A stretch of 64,000 bases of DNA, from positions 23,224 to 87,223 of IMG/VR virus record IMGVR_UViG_3300032103_000260; one strand, written 5' to 3'. This document shows, piece by piece, positions 1-10,476 of the stretch (the first letter of the stretch is position 1; each line of letters starts with the position of its first letter). Source of the DNA: a virus. A model generated the notes under the pieces. That model made no database searches, had not been told where the DNA came from, and saw only the letters and a list, made by a program, of their open reading frames with translations. A program made the translations under genes and the position numbers.

Positions 1-135
1 ATTGATTTTTGTTCTACATTTCTTTTTATTCTTTTCTTTCTTTTTATCTTGATAAAGAATAGGTTTAGGCATAATATTAGTTTCTCTACTGATTTTTTTT
101 GCCATTTTTAATATTTGTTCTTTTGTAATTTTCAT
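1..135 (-). CDS. Hypothetical protein, 5' part (runs off window start)
   Basis: ATG at 135, open frame MKITKEQILKMAKKISRETNIMPKP... to base 1. Confidence 0.4.
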   Translation of the reverse strand, partial: MKITKEQILKMAKKISRETNIMPKPILYQDKKKEKNKKKCRTKIN

Positions 136-476
136 ATATCTACTACATTATTTTGTAATTATAAAACTAACCATATATTAAATACATTTAGTTTTATAAT
201 ACTGTAACTTTTTCTTTAATTAATTCGTATAATATAACAAACTAAAAAAACAAAACCATGAATAAGGTAGTATTTGGAGTAGCATATTTGCTTAACTCAA
301 AAAGAGTGATGAATGTTAGAAATATCATAATTATGATACTGTTGATTGTATTGTATTTAAAGTAATCAAGTAGATGATATGTAAAAGAATAAGAATTTTA
401 ATTTAAAATTGACTTCTCCATATTCATCAAATATATCTTTTAACCAATTATTAAAATCAAAGCTGATTACTAAGTT

Positions 477-1214
477 TTATCTTGATTCTTGTTCTTCATT
501 ATATGATGTAAGTGATGCCCAATCATAATTAAAAACTTCATCAGCAAGTCCTAACTTAACAGCATCTTGTGCAGTCAAATATACATCCTCTTTTCTATCC
601 ATTTGACCTCTTAACCATGTCTTTATTTTGGTTATGCCCTGACCTTTAAATTCACCATTAGTATTCATCATATTTGCATATATATCGATCATAGTTTTAT
701 CTGCTACCTTATTAAATTGCACTGCAGAATATACTTGTTTTTGAGTACCTTCAATACCAAAAGTACCATCATGAAACATAAAGCTACTATTAGGCATCAT
801 AACTCGTTTATTTGCTGCTTGAAAAATTATAGATGACATTGATCGAGCATGTGTATAATTTAATATGGTAACATACCAAGGGCATGATTTTATGGTATCA
901 TAAATTGCCATCCCCTCTTGCCAATAACCACCACTTGTTTTCATATGCACTAATATTGGTACATTAGGATTCACTCTCATTAATAGATTAAAATTTCTTA
1001 TGAAACGATTTGCAATGATGTATTCAATCCCCGGCTCTTCTCCCTCTAAACCATTACCCTGATTATATGTCTCAACTCCCATTAAATAGATATGATTTGA
1101 TTTTAAATCAACATCATATTCATGTAAATGATATAATGGATCATCTGACTTAGCTTTTAATGTATGATCAATATTATAATTAGCTTCATGAACTATTTTT
1201 TTACCTCTTGCCAT
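477..1214 (-). CDS. clpP: ClpP-like ATP-dependent protease proteolytic subunit
   Basis: TSGG..EGMAIYDTI, ARSMSS (catalytic Ser), FMFHD (catalytic His) motifs. Confidence 0.8.
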   Translation of the reverse strand: MARGKKIVHEANYNIDHTLKAKSDDPLYHLHEYDVDLKSNHIYLMGVETYNQGNGLEGEEPGIEYIIANRFIRNFNLLMRVNPNVPILVHMKTSGGYWQEGMAIYDTIKSCPWYVTILNYTHARSMSSIIFQAANKRVMMPNSSFMFHDGTFGIEGTQKQVYSAVQFNKVADKTMIDIYANMMNTNGEFKGQGITKIKTWLRGQMDRKEDVYLTAQDAVKLGLADEVFNYDWASLTSYNEEQESR

Positions 1215-1381
1215 AATTAAAATTTTTCACAATTAAGCATTTTTTTTTGGATTTTGCAATTTTTATCTTGAATTTTATGATAAAATATATTTTCACGGTA
1301 AAAACTTTATTTTTGAGAAAATTCAAATAAATAGTCATAATAAAATATCGTATAACATACCTGAGACAAAACAAACATAAA

Positions 1382-3571
1382 ATGAAATTAAAATTAGGAA
1401 CACTTAATACCACTGATATTCAATCAGTTAGTACACGGAAAAAAATAATGGTTCGTTTGAGCGATAATGCACAAATGATGATTTTTAAGTCTTATACAAA
1501 AAATCTATATTCTAACATTATTGGTAGTATTATTCGAGAATTAACATCTAATTGCTACGATTCTCATGTCGCTGCAGGTGTTAATTATCCTATTGTTATT
1601 AGGCTTAATAAAGAAATTACTGGATACACAATATCTTTTATCGATAAAGGTACTGGTATGTCACCTGAAGTAATTGAAGAAGTTTACGGTATTCTTTTTG
1701 AGTCATCAAAAAGAGAAACAGATGAACAATATGGAGCATTTGGTATTGGTTCTAAAACACCATTAGCATATGATACTGGCTCTTTCTTTTTAACTACAAG
1801 AGTTGATGGCATTGAATATGTTTATAACATCTATGCTGGTGCTACATCACCCGAAATTGACCCAATTAAAGAGTCACCTACCACTGAAAGAAATGGTACT
1901 GAAATTAAAGTCACCATTGGAAATGGCGATCTTAATCGCTTTTTAAGTGAAGTGGTTAAACAATTATTCTATTTTGAAAATATTATTTTTGAAGGGTTTG
2001 AGAATCATCTTCCTCAAATCAATAATTATACAATACACTATGGTAAATCATTTGTTTATCGTAGTAATAAATTGAATTCATACATGCACATTTGTATGGG
2101 TCGTGTTGTATATCCAATTGACTACAGTGCATTAGGATTAAATGCCCATAATTGGCAAATACCCGTGGCAATTAAAGCAAATATTAGTGATATCAACATT
2201 ACCATGAACAGAGAATCAGTTGAATATTCTGATGAAACAATTGCTTTTCTTAGAAAGAAAATGGAAGAAGTAAAACAAGAACTTGCTGATTTGTATATTG
2301 CTCAGTGTGGTGAAATTAATAGCATTAAAGATTATTTGAAGTATAAGCAAAGTCGATTTGAATTAAAAATTAATGAAAACGATAGAATAAATTTGATAAG
2401 TGTTTTTAGTTCTCAAAATTCACTTGTTTTAACTAATTTCCCATATAACAACATAAAAAATATTATTAATGATGAATCTCTTTTAAATATATTTTTTCAA
2501 ATAAAAATGTATGGTAATAAACCAACAAAATATGATAAGGGGCTTACTGGTTCATTTACGGAAATTTATGTAAAAGAAAATATCTATTATTCTGATCAAA
2601 AATTTAATCGTAAAGTGCTTGAGCAAGCATATCTTAAGCATAAATATGAAAGATTCTATATAATCAAACCTAAATTTGATTACAGTGATACCGATAATAT
2701 CATTGGGGCATTTTTAGATAAATTTAATAGTGATGGTAATAAATTAACACCGACAATTGAAAATGAAATTATTTCACTTTTCAATGAAATTTCTCAGGAG
2801 ATTAATTCAAATGTTAAACAATACAATGATATTGTAATACCAGAAGATTTCATTGCTAATAAAAAAATTACAAAACAAATTCTTCAAAAAAGTAATACCA
2901 TCATAAACATTTCAACATGTAGGTTTTTAGGTAAAACCAATAAAGAAAAAGCTAGAATATCTGATCTAGCTAAATTTAAAGGTAGAATTTTTTACGGTAT
3001 GCAGGAAGATGCACAGGAATTAGATTTTGCACAGGATATATTTGAGGAATTGTTTGATAAAAAATTTATTGCAAAAAATAATAACTTATATAACAGAGAA
3101 AAAACAATACTTTTTCTTAAAACAACTAAAGCAAATGAGAAACTAATTAAAATGCTTCCAAATGCTAAACATATTAATATGTTTAAACATCTCATTCTGA
3201 GAAGAAAAATTGAAAAAGTTAAAGATACTTTTTGTCGTCAAGCCGTAAAAGAAAAATTTGATAGTATTGATAGCATCTATAAATTACATGGATTTGATAT
3301 GGTTGATGTCGATATTGCTGATAAAGTTGAAAGAGTAAAAACTGCCATTTCAGCACTAGAAAGTAGCAAGATCGATTTGAATAATGTTAATGTGAAAAAT
3401 TTATTAAAATCATTAAATATTGATTTTACCTACAAATTTGTAGAAGAAGAAAATTTAAATTATCTTTACGAATTATCTAAAAAAAATAAAGAAGTACTTG
3501 ATTATTTAAGAATCTACTACATAAATGATGTGACTATCAATATTTTAAAATTATTAATTAAAAAACCATAA
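1382..3571 (+). CDS. rIIA: rIIA-like protein (GHKL ATPase N-terminus)
   Basis: IIRELTSNCYDSH, FIDKGTGMS, GAFGIGSK, GTEI motifs; adjacent to rIIB-like gene. Confidence 0.8.
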   Translation: MKLKLGTLNTTDIQSVSTRKKIMVRLSDNAQMMIFKSYTKNLYSNIIGSIIRELTSNCYDSHVAAGVNYPIVIRLNKEITGYTISFIDKGTGMSPEVIEEVYGILFESSKRETDEQYGAFGIGSKTPLAYDTGSFFLTTRVDGIEYVYNIYAGATSPEIDPIKESPTTERNGTEIKVTIGNGDLNRFLSEVVKQLFYFENIIFEGFENHLPQINNYTIHYGKSFVYRSNKLNSYMHICMGRVVYPIDYSALGLNAHNWQIPVAIKANISDINITMNRESVEYSDETIAFLRKKMEEVKQELADLYIAQCGEINSIKDYLKYKQSRFELKINENDRINLISVFSSQNSLVLTNFPYNNIKNIINDESLLNIFFQIKMYGNKPTKYDKGLTGSFTEIYVKENIYYSDQKFNRKVLEQAYLKHKYERFYIIKPKFDYSDTDNIIGAFLDKFNSDGNKLTPTIENEIISLFNEISQEINSNVKQYNDIVIPEDFIANKKITKQILQKSNTIINISTCRFLGKTNKEKARISDLAKFKGRIFYGMQEDAQELDFAQDIFEELFDKKFIAKNNNLYNREKTILFLKTTKANEKLIKMLPNAKHINMFKHLILRRKIEKVKDTFCRQAVKEKFDSIDSIYKLHGFDMVDVDIADKVERVKTAISALESSKIDLNNVNVKNLLKSLNIDFTYKFVEEENLNYLYELSKKNKEVLDYLRIYYINDVTINILKLLIKKP

Positions 3572-3582
3572 ACAAATAAAAT

Positions 3583-4737
3583 ATGAATTTTGTATCAGGT
3601 AACAAAATTGGTTCAGTATTAAACGTAATAATTAACGGTAATACCTACACAAAAAAATTTAACACAGATCAAGAGGCACTTGATGTTTTTAAAAAGGTAA
3701 TTAGTACAAGTCATAATCCTTCAGATCAAGCAATTAAAGAATTGAAATATCTATTGGTAAGATCAGTTAATTTACCAATTAACCATTTAATATCAATTGA
3801 TAAATTGACACAGAAATATTACTTTAAAGATACTAATTTTGAACTACCAAAAGAATTAGCTGACGTAATTAATGATTACATTAATAATGGACTCCCATTA
3901 GAGTCAATTGAAAATTTTACTGAATTATTGGTTACAAACGTAAACAAAGAGGTACATGCTGATTTGTTTAACTTTCTTTCAACATATCATTTCACCGTTA
4001 CCAAATATGGTTATTTTCTCGCATATAAGGCAGTTAAAATTAAGCAAAAAGTAGATGATAATCTGGCTGAGTTTGTATCAAACAAATATGTAAAAATCAA
4101 ATCTTGGAAGAAATCACCAGCAAATTATTCTGTATTACGTGACTTAAATGGTGAACCATTCTTAGTTAAGAATGATGAGGTGAATGATGACTCTGAAGCA
4201 AAAAAAAAATTGGTTGGTATTCTTTCTGACTTATTTAATGATTTGGATGAACATTCAGCTAATGGTACTCTTTACACTGATAAGTATAGTAGTACAATGA
4301 ATATTCGTCTTGGCGTTCCAGTAAGACTAAATAGAAGTGAATGTGATCCTGATAAGAATGTAGAATGCTCGAATGGTCTTCATGTTGGATCAGTTAAATA
4401 TTTGGAAAACAATAACTTTGTAAGTAGTGACGATACAATATTACTTGTGTTGGTTAATCCACAACATGTTATTGCTGTTCCAAAATATGATAATTCAAAA
4501 ATGAGAGTGTCTGAATATTTTCCTATAGCATATTTAAATCGTACTGAAGGTAGAAAATTTGAAATTATTGAAAGTAAGTATTTTGAAATTGATTATCTTA
4601 ATTACGAAAAAAATGATTTAGAAAACGCATTGGCTAAATTAGAAAATAAAATGATTAGTGATGAAATTGCTGCCAGTATTGAAGATAAAGAAAGAGATAA
4701 AATATTACTTGAACGGCTAAAAAAAATTACGGTGTGA
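3583..4737 (+). CDS. rIIB: rIIB-like protein
   Basis: GYFLAYKAV, RSECDPDKNVECSNGLHVGS, VLVNPQHVIAVP..NSKMRV motifs. Confidence 0.8.
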   Translation: MNFVSGNKIGSVLNVIINGNTYTKKFNTDQEALDVFKKVISTSHNPSDQAIKELKYLLVRSVNLPINHLISIDKLTQKYYFKDTNFELPKELADVINDYINNGLPLESIENFTELLVTNVNKEVHADLFNFLSTYHFTVTKYGYFLAYKAVKIKQKVDDNLAEFVSNKYVKIKSWKKSPANYSVLRDLNGEPFLVKNDEVNDDSEAKKKLVGILSDLFNDLDEHSANGTLYTDKYSSTMNIRLGVPVRLNRSECDPDKNVECSNGLHVGSVKYLENNNFVSSDDTILLVLVNPQHVIAVPKYDNSKMRVSEYFPIAYLNRTEGRKFEIIESKYFEIDYLNYEKNDLENALAKLENKMISDEIAASIEDKERDKILLERLKKITV

Positions 4738-4738
4738 T

Positions 4739-5074
4739 ATGTATGATGTAATAGCAAAAAAACTTCTTAGCGAAGAACTTGATAAAATCAAGTTAAAACC
4801 ACAATATTATTGTGGTTTATACGAATGGAATAAACTAAATAAAAATGCACATAAATTTATTTCTAAACTTGTAATTAGAGATGTTGCAATTAAATCACTT
4901 GCTTCTTTAATTGAGAGAGATCATACTATCCATAGTAAATGGAATGATGCTGACGATCAATCTATTTGTGGATATGATGATATGATGATTGCAGAATACA
5001 TTGAAGAAATACTTAAAGATTTTACCTATCAGATGAAATCCTACACTATAGGCATACCATTATTTGAATTCTGA
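4739..5074 (+). CDS. Hypothetical protein
   Basis: 111-aa ORF tightly coupled to rIIB. Confidence 0.6.
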   Translation: MYDVIAKKLLSEELDKIKLKPQYYCGLYEWNKLNKNAHKFISKLVIRDVAIKSLASLIERDHTIHSKWNDADDQSICGYDDMMIAEYIEEILKDFTYQMKSYTIGIPLFEF

Positions 5075-5138
5075 TGAATAAGTACTAAAAAAAAATTAAT
5101 TAATTTTTTCTATCTTTAATCAATAAAAGAACAATAAT

Positions 5139-5624
5139 ATGAAAGATATTAAATACGTAAAAGGAGATGCACTTGAACCAATAGGTGATGGTAAAAAACT
5201 AATAATACATATTTGTAATAATGAAAATAAATGGGGAGCAGGTTTTGTACTAGCTATTAGTAAAAAATGGGATTTACCTGAAAGACAATATAGGTCATTG
5301 GGTAAAGCCAAACAGAAATTAGGTAACGTACAGTTCGTAATGGTAGAAAATGATATCATTATTGGTAATATGATTGTACAAGATGGTTTACAAATGAAAG
5401 AATTTGATTTACCACCAGTACACTACACTGCATTGGACGTGTGTTTACAACGTGTTTATAGGCTTGCTAATTCAATGAATGTTTCTGTGCATCTACCTAG
5501 AATTGGTGTAGGTCTTGGCAAAGGTAGATGGGAAATAATAGAATTTTTACTACAAGATAATTTATCAAAAAAAAATATTGAAGTTGTTGTTTATGACATA
5601 AAAAGTAATAGTATTGTACTATAA
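5139..5624 (+). CDS. Macrodomain protein (ADP-ribose binding/hydrolase)
   Basis: YVKGDAL, IIHICNN..KWGAGF, HLPRIGVGLGKG.W motifs. Confidence 0.85.
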   Translation: MKDIKYVKGDALEPIGDGKKLIIHICNNENKWGAGFVLAISKKWDLPERQYRSLGKAKQKLGNVQFVMVENDIIIGNMIVQDGLQMKEFDLPPVHYTALDVCLQRVYRLANSMNVSVHLPRIGVGLGKGRWEIIEFLLQDNLSKKNIEVVVYDIKSNSIVL

Positions 5625-5736
5625 GTTGATAACACATATCAATTTAAAAGATAAAAAAATTAATCTTTTTATCAAGAAGCATAAACCCCAAAAAAATTGC
5701 TTCTACAAATAATTTTATTTTAAAACCCAAAATTTT

Positions 5737-6102
5737 ATGAACGATTTGCAGTTCGATGAAAAAACTATTAATAATGAATTAGAAAAAATAAAAGATTTAA
5801 TAAAAAAACTTGAAATAAAATTTACTAAAATTAGTGGTAAATCAACAAAAGCAATAGCCGAATATGAAAATATATATGAAGATATAATGTATATATTGGT
5901 TTATGTTGGTAGATTATCAAGTTCAGACAACATGAAAGATGTCAGAGATATGTATGAAATGGCATCCAGAACTGAATATCCTGATAGTCCTAAAAAAGCA
6001 ATGAAATTATTTCTTAAAACATATAGTAAGCATACCGAAAAATTTGACGTAATTAAAGAAAGATGTTGGAAAATAATAGAAAAAACTGCGCCAATGATAT
6101 AG
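5737..6102 (+). CDS. Hypothetical protein
   Basis: 121-aa ORF ending at a convergent terminator. Confidence 0.6.
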   Translation: MNDLQFDEKTINNELEKIKDLIKKLEIKFTKISGKSTKAIAEYENIYEDIMYILVYVGRLSSSDNMKDVRDMYEMASRTEYPDSPKKAMKLFLKTYSKHTEKFDVIKERCWKIIEKTAPMI

Positions 6103-6130
6103 AAAAAAGAGGTTTAATCACCTCTTTTTT
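6103..6130. terminator. Bidirectional intrinsic terminator
   Basis: AAAAAAGAGGT-ttaatc-ACCTCTTTTTT between convergent genes. Confidence 0.8.
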
Positions 6131-6326
6131 CTTTCTTATCAATACCAAAAGTTGCATTAGCATATATCTTGATTTGGTCACTTCTGTAGTGTCTCACAAT
6201 ACCCCCTTCACAATGAACAACACACCAAATATCATTTTCGAATGTCCCACTATTTGAAACATATATAGCATATCCATCCTTATTATCTTCAACTATAACT
6301 GGAATAGGTTTTCTAAATTCTATCAT
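6114..6326 (-). CDS. Hypothetical phage protein
   Basis: 70-aa ORF, last gene of minus-strand operon. Confidence 0.6.
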   Translation of the reverse strand: MIEFRKPIPVIVEDNKDGYAIYVSNSGTFENDIWCVVHCEGGIVRHYRSDQIKIYANATFGIDKKEKRGD

Positions 6327-6637
6327 TTTTTTCTAATTTAAAATATTTTTCTATTGTTGAATAAGTAACGACTGGAATAATAATAGGTATCATCAATAAT
6401 GCAATAAACCACCATTCAAATACATGGAATTTATTTATAACACTACGATCCATTCTTTTTATCCAATCATTTCTATCAGGTTTTTCGTTTACTTATTGAA
6501 TAATTCCTTTAGTAAAAAATGGAAGTTAAGCAATATACACAATACTCTCACCTTCAAGTCTTGTTCATTTGATCAAATGATTGAATATATAGTTCAGCAC
6601 TATCACCATACACCATGCAATGTGATTTAATTATCAT
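6313..6637 (-). pseudogene. Possible decayed membrane protein gene
   Basis: Coding-like frame (NHIAWCMVIVLNY...FEWWFIALLMIPIIIPVVTY) interrupted by TGA, TAA, TAA; fills an operon gap. Confidence 0.3.
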
Positions 6638-6906
6638 AGCCATTCCAATTGCTTATCTTCCTCTCTAACAATATCAAAATTTTCTATCAATAATTTTCTA
6701 GTAAAGAAATCCCAAAAACTTGCATTCCATATTCTACCAGATGATCTTTTTCTATATTTAGATTGACCATAAATGGTTCTAACCAATTCATATGTTACAT
6801 CATATTGAATACATTCACCTTCAAGATTCATCAACTGCTCTGAACACTTCAATGAATTTTTCAATATAATCAGGGCTATATCCTCTAAAATTTTTATAAA
6901 TATCAC
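6634..6906 (-). CDS. Hypothetical protein (true start probably the internal MNLEG)
   Basis: ORF track; operon context. Confidence 0.5.
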   Translation of the reverse strand: MIFIKILEDIALIILKNSLKCSEQLMNLEGECIQYDVTYELVRTIYGQSKYRKRSSGRIWNASFWDFFTRKLLIENFDIVREEDKQLEWL

Positions 6907-7039
6907 TAAAAGCCTTTACATCGTAGATGATGGTTTCACCTTCCCATGATGGCATCCTAACCATTCTACCATTTTGAGTTGAATAGTAATGGTTAACAGT
7001 TAACTCATCAGTCCAACAAAATATAACGCATCCTGTCAT
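6821..7039 (-). CDS. Hypothetical protein
   Basis: 72-aa ORF in operon. Confidence 0.55.
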   Translation of the reverse strand: MTGCVIFCWTDELTVNHYYSTQNGRMVRMPSWEGETIIYDVKAFSDIYKNFRGYSPDYIEKFIEVFRAVDES

Positions 7040-7063
7040 AGATGGAACTAATATAGGAAAAAA

Positions 7064-7085
7064 AAGGGATTTTAATAAATCCCTT
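7064..7085 (-). terminator. Intrinsic terminator
   Basis: AAGGGATTT-taat-AAATCCCTT, with an A-run on the plus side giving a minus-strand U tract. Confidence 0.6.
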
Positions 7086-7254
7086 CTTCATAGTCATGAT
7101 CAAAATTATTAGTGCCCTTTAATTCTTTTTCTTCTCTTTTGCAATACTTGCATTTACCTTGCTGTAGTTCCATATTAGTTCTTAATTCTATACCACATTC
7201 AGAGCAATAATACATTTCATCATTAGCTTCTTCTAATTGTTTTTTTCTTGCCAT
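7072..7254 (-). CDS. Small Zn-ribbon protein
   Basis: CSEC...CKYC pairs. Confidence 0.6.
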   Translation of the reverse strand: MARKKQLEEANDEMYYCSECGIELRTNMELQQGKCKYCKREEKELKGTNNFDHDYEEGIY

Positions 7255-7415
7255 CCTGATAAAAATTTTACTTATTTAAATACTCAGAATGATTCCAAAA
7301 ACTATTTTAACTAAAAATTAAATAAATTATTCCAATAAAAATGATTGTAATTATTCCAAAGGCTAATACAACTTCAGATTTATAGAATTTATTCTTCTTT
7401 TTATTACATTTACAT

Positions 7416-7682
7416 TTAGCCATATGCGATTATTTCTCCTTCTAAAATATCAGTATTAGGAATATAGGAATAATGATAACACAGTAATCCACCATAATAT
7501 ATTTTTTCCACACATCTAAATACTCCGTTGGAGTAGTGAATTCTATTAAGTAAGACTTTATTATTGTTATTTATATATGTATGTGATGCCCAATTATCTT
7601 CTTTCATGAAATCACTTTTCATACTCGTTACCTTTTCTAACATATCAGTTATAAATATAACTGATAATTTATAATCTGTCAA
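7416..7682 (-). CDS. Hypothetical protein
   Basis: 88-aa ORF. Confidence 0.5.
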   Translation of the reverse strand: MTDYKLSVIFITDMLEKVTSMKSDFMKEDNWASHTYINNNNKVLLNRIHYSNGVFRCVEKIYYGGLLCYHYSYIPNTDILEGEIIAYG

Positions 7683-7691
7683 TTAAATAAT

Positions 7692-7719
7692 AAAAAAACC
7701 CCTTTCGGGGTTTTTTTTT
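7692..7719. terminator. Intrinsic terminator
   Basis: AAAAAAACCCC-tttc-GGGGTTTTTTTTT. Confidence 0.75.
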
Positions 7720-8344
7720 ATTGTGCTATCTCAGATTTCTTAGCTAATAAATGACTCCATGAAGTAGTACCATAAATTTGTCTTATGTATATTGTTGGTA
7801 ATGGATATTCAAAATCCCCATTTACATCTAAACCACCATAACCTGCAGTAATAGTATCTTCATCAATAAATGTTGATACTGCCCATTTTTGACCAGCCTG
7901 AAATTTTCTGATTGCAATCCATTCCTTATCAGTAAATCTTGGTGTTGGAATATCCTCACGATAAGACTTAGGTACATAATTTTTAATGACTGCAAAACCA
8001 TCATTATTAATCAATAATTCTGGTTCCGAATCATTATTTGTATTCTTCACAACAATTACGACCAAAGAATTAATCTTAACTCTATTATCAACTACAACCC
8101 CTTTAAAGCCATTTGACATGAGATTGTATGGTACGATTACCTTACCTGCCTTATTAACGACTTCAAGAATGATTTTTTGTGCTGATATATTATCGAGAAT
8201 ATCCTGATTTTCAATCAGGATAATTTTACCATTGTCTTCAGCTAAATCTCCAATGACTAATGGTGAATCAGATTTTTTAGACACTAATCTTCCAACAATA
8301 GTACCTTTATTATTTAGCGAATTAAATACACTTACCTTATCCAT
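7718..8344 (-). CDS. Hypothetical protein
   Basis: 208-aa ORF. Confidence 0.65.
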   Translation of the reverse strand: MDKVSVFNSLNNKGTIVGRLVSKKSDSPLVIGDLAEDNGKIILIENQDILDNISAQKIILEVVNKAGKVIVPYNLMSNGFKGVVVDNRVKINSLVVIVVKNTNNDSEPELLINNDGFAVIKNYVPKSYREDIPTPRFTDKEWIAIRKFQAGQKWAVSTFIDEDTITAGYGGLDVNGDFEYPLPTIYIRQIYGTTSWSHLLAKKSEIAQ

Positions 8345-8369
8345 TGTTACTCAATTTAAGATTTAAAAA

Positions 8370-8398
8370 AAAGTCTATTAACTAAATTAATAGACTTT
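8370..8398 (-). terminator. Intrinsic terminator
   Basis: AAAGTCTATTAA-ctaaa-TTAATAGACTTT downstream of 8433-8783. Confidence 0.65.
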
Positions 8399-8432
8399 AT
8401 AACTATTTCTACATTAACCTAATTATCCTTTA

Positions 8433-8783
8433 TTAGTCACGAACTTTTTCAAGTTCATTCTTAAATGGATCGTAGTTAACTTGGTTAATACGAACCCACA
8501 TTCCTTCATCAAGGGTAACTGGTGCATGTTCTTCGTGAAGAACTACAGCCTCTCCCTTAACTTCAAAAAAAAGTTGATCACGTGTTGCATCACCAAATGA
8601 ATTTTCACTTTCTGCCAATTCAAGCACTGTTGAATCGTTTACAGGAAAAATATCATGTGAATGACCGCTTACTTCACCAATACCCACTACTAGGCGTTCA
8701 GTGTTCTGTTTCATTGTTAGGTCTGCATTCTCTACCTTGTAGAAAATCATATCCCCTTGACGTACTCTTTTTAAAATGTTCAT
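8433..8783 (-). CDS. Conserved His-rich phage protein (RQGD...GEVSGHSH...HEEH family, cupin-like)
   Basis: RQGDM, GEVSGHSH, LHEEH, QVNYDPF motifs. Confidence 0.6.
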   Translation of the reverse strand: MNILKRVRQGDMIFYKVENADLTMKQNTERLVVGIGEVSGHSHDIFPVNDSTVLELAESENSFGDATRDQLFFEVKGEAVVLHEEHAPVTLDEGMWVRINQVNYDPFKNELEKVRD

Positions 8784-8820
8784 AGCTATTTGTTTAATTA
8801 AACGTTATTATTAATATAAA

Positions 8821-9495
8821 TTAGGACTCTTGTTCAATTGCAATGTATTCTTCTCTTGTTAGAGGCGTTCCATCAGGCTTTCTCATAGTCCAAGCAATTG
8901 CGTCAATTGCTTTTTGACACTTAGGGTCTGTTGAATCAGCAAACAAGAAAAACTTACGATCAGTTGAAGGACAATTACACTCAATAATATAAATGTCATT
9001 CTGAGTATTCAATTGATCTTTTTCAATCTTGAAAAGTTTGTATGTATCTCTGTACTCTACAAACTTTTCCTCAAACATACTCTTAACAAACTTTTTATTA
9101 CCAGTAGATTTTAAATCAGGCTTTTGATTATGCTCAGAACCAATACCTTCCTTTAAATAAGTACGTTTCTGTTTTTTGATGATAGTTTCTTCATCAATAA
9201 GAACAGATTTTAGGCTTGATAGGGTGGCTTCTGCACCTGCAATAGAAAAACAGGTCATCAATAATTCTGCGTTTCCATGAAAATTCTGAATAAACTCTTT
9301 AGGGATGTAAGCCACATTTGCAGGGTTATTCCACAATTTCTTCAACTCTTCTGGTTGAGTGGCATCTGGATTATCTGGTTTGTGAAAAATCCTTAAAAAG
9401 TCGTCCAATGTGTATTCTGCGTCCATTCTTCGAATTCTAATGTAATCAACAATAGTTGGTACTTGAATCCCATTTACAAAATACGTTTTTCTCAT
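8821..9495 (-). CDS. Hypothetical protein resembling the DUF6745-type C-terminus
   Basis: CPSTDRKFFL...AIAWT motif; the family assignment is from recall. Confidence 0.45.
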   Translation of the reverse strand: MRKTYFVNGIQVPTIVDYIRIRRMDAEYTLDDFLRIFHKPDNPDATQPEELKKLWNNPANVAYIPKEFIQNFHGNAELLMTCFSIAGAEATLSSLKSVLIDEETIIKKQKRTYLKEGIGSEHNQKPDLKSTGNKKFVKSMFEEKFVEYRDTYKLFKIEKDQLNTQNDIYIIECNCPSTDRKFFLFADSTDPKCQKAIDAIAWTMRKPDGTPLTREEYIAIEQES

Positions 9496-9562
9496 AATTT
9501 ATTATTTGGTTTATTTATAGTTCAAATTTGATAATTTTTTTTCAAATATGCAAGTGATTTTT

Positions 9563-10060
9563 TTATTTGTACCAATTTAGAATTTTAACTGCCAATTCCA
9601 CATGACGATCCATAAGTCCAAATTTGAATGAAGTATTAATAAAATTATTTCTTTGTTCATATAACATATCTTGATCATCATCTATAATAAGATAATTATA
9701 ATCAACACCTAATTTACCATTATCGACAAAATTATTCATCAACCATTGTCTTATTTCACTGCCTCTTGGAATATGGGCATATCTATCATTACCAGAGGCA
9801 TATAGCCTAGGTGTGACACTAATTATCTTATCCGAGTACAGAAACTCTCTTGCTTCAAAAAGTGTCTTAAACTCATCTAATGATACCCCTATTCTCCATG
9901 ATGAACTTATGACAATATCACAACCAGTAAGACCAACAATTTTATTTAGACTTACAAGAGATTCCGTATTAAAATTATGATGTCCATCAGGTAAATAGTC
10001 TTTTAGAATATCACTCGTTACCAATACACCATCAATATCTAAAAACAAAAATTTTCTCAT
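9563..10060 (-). CDS. HAD phosphatase, Swiss-Army-knife RNA-repair type
   Basis: FLDIDGVL, IVISSSWR, RG.EI..WL, IIDDD.DM motifs. Confidence 0.8.
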   Translation of the reverse strand: MRKFLFLDIDGVLVTSDILKDYLPDGHHNFNTESLVSLNKIVGLTGCDIVISSSWRIGVSLDEFKTLFEAREFLYSDKIISVTPRLYASGNDRYAHIPRGSEIRQWLMNNFVDNGKLGVDYNYLIIDDDQDMLYEQRNNFINTSFKFGLMDRHVELAVKILNWYK

Positions 10061-10476
10061 AGTAAATCACTTGATTTTTCAATTCGATTAAGCAAAGTTA
10101 CATGATAATTTTTTATATCCTCACTCTTTAATATTTGTTGATAATCAATCATATCCAATATTGATTCAGACCAAAATAGTTCAATACCTGATCTTTGGCA
10201 ATCTGATATAAAGTGATCTAATATAATAGGATGTATTGGTATAACATGTATAGATTTACCATTATTAAGTGAATAACCTATTGAATAGCACTCAATAATT
10301 ATTCTACCATTAACTTTATTCATATAATTAGAGTATGTTCCTTTATCTTTTAAAAACCATTCATCAAATAAACTAATCAACATATTAAAATTAAATGGTG
10401 TTGATAATAATTTCTTTGCTTCTTCAGTGCCAGATGTTTCGATAAATGGCACTACTTTAAGTTTTAATAAACCCAT
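10057..10476 (-). CDS. Hypothetical protein
   Basis: 139-aa ORF overlapping the HAD gene start. Confidence 0.6.
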   Translation of the reverse strand: MGLLKLKVVPFIETSGTEEAKKLLSTPFNFNMLISLFDEWFLKDKGTYSNYMNKVNGRIIIECYSIGYSLNNGKSIHVIPIHPIILDHFISDCQRSGIELFWSESILDMIDYQQILKSEDIKNYHVTLLNRIEKSSDLL

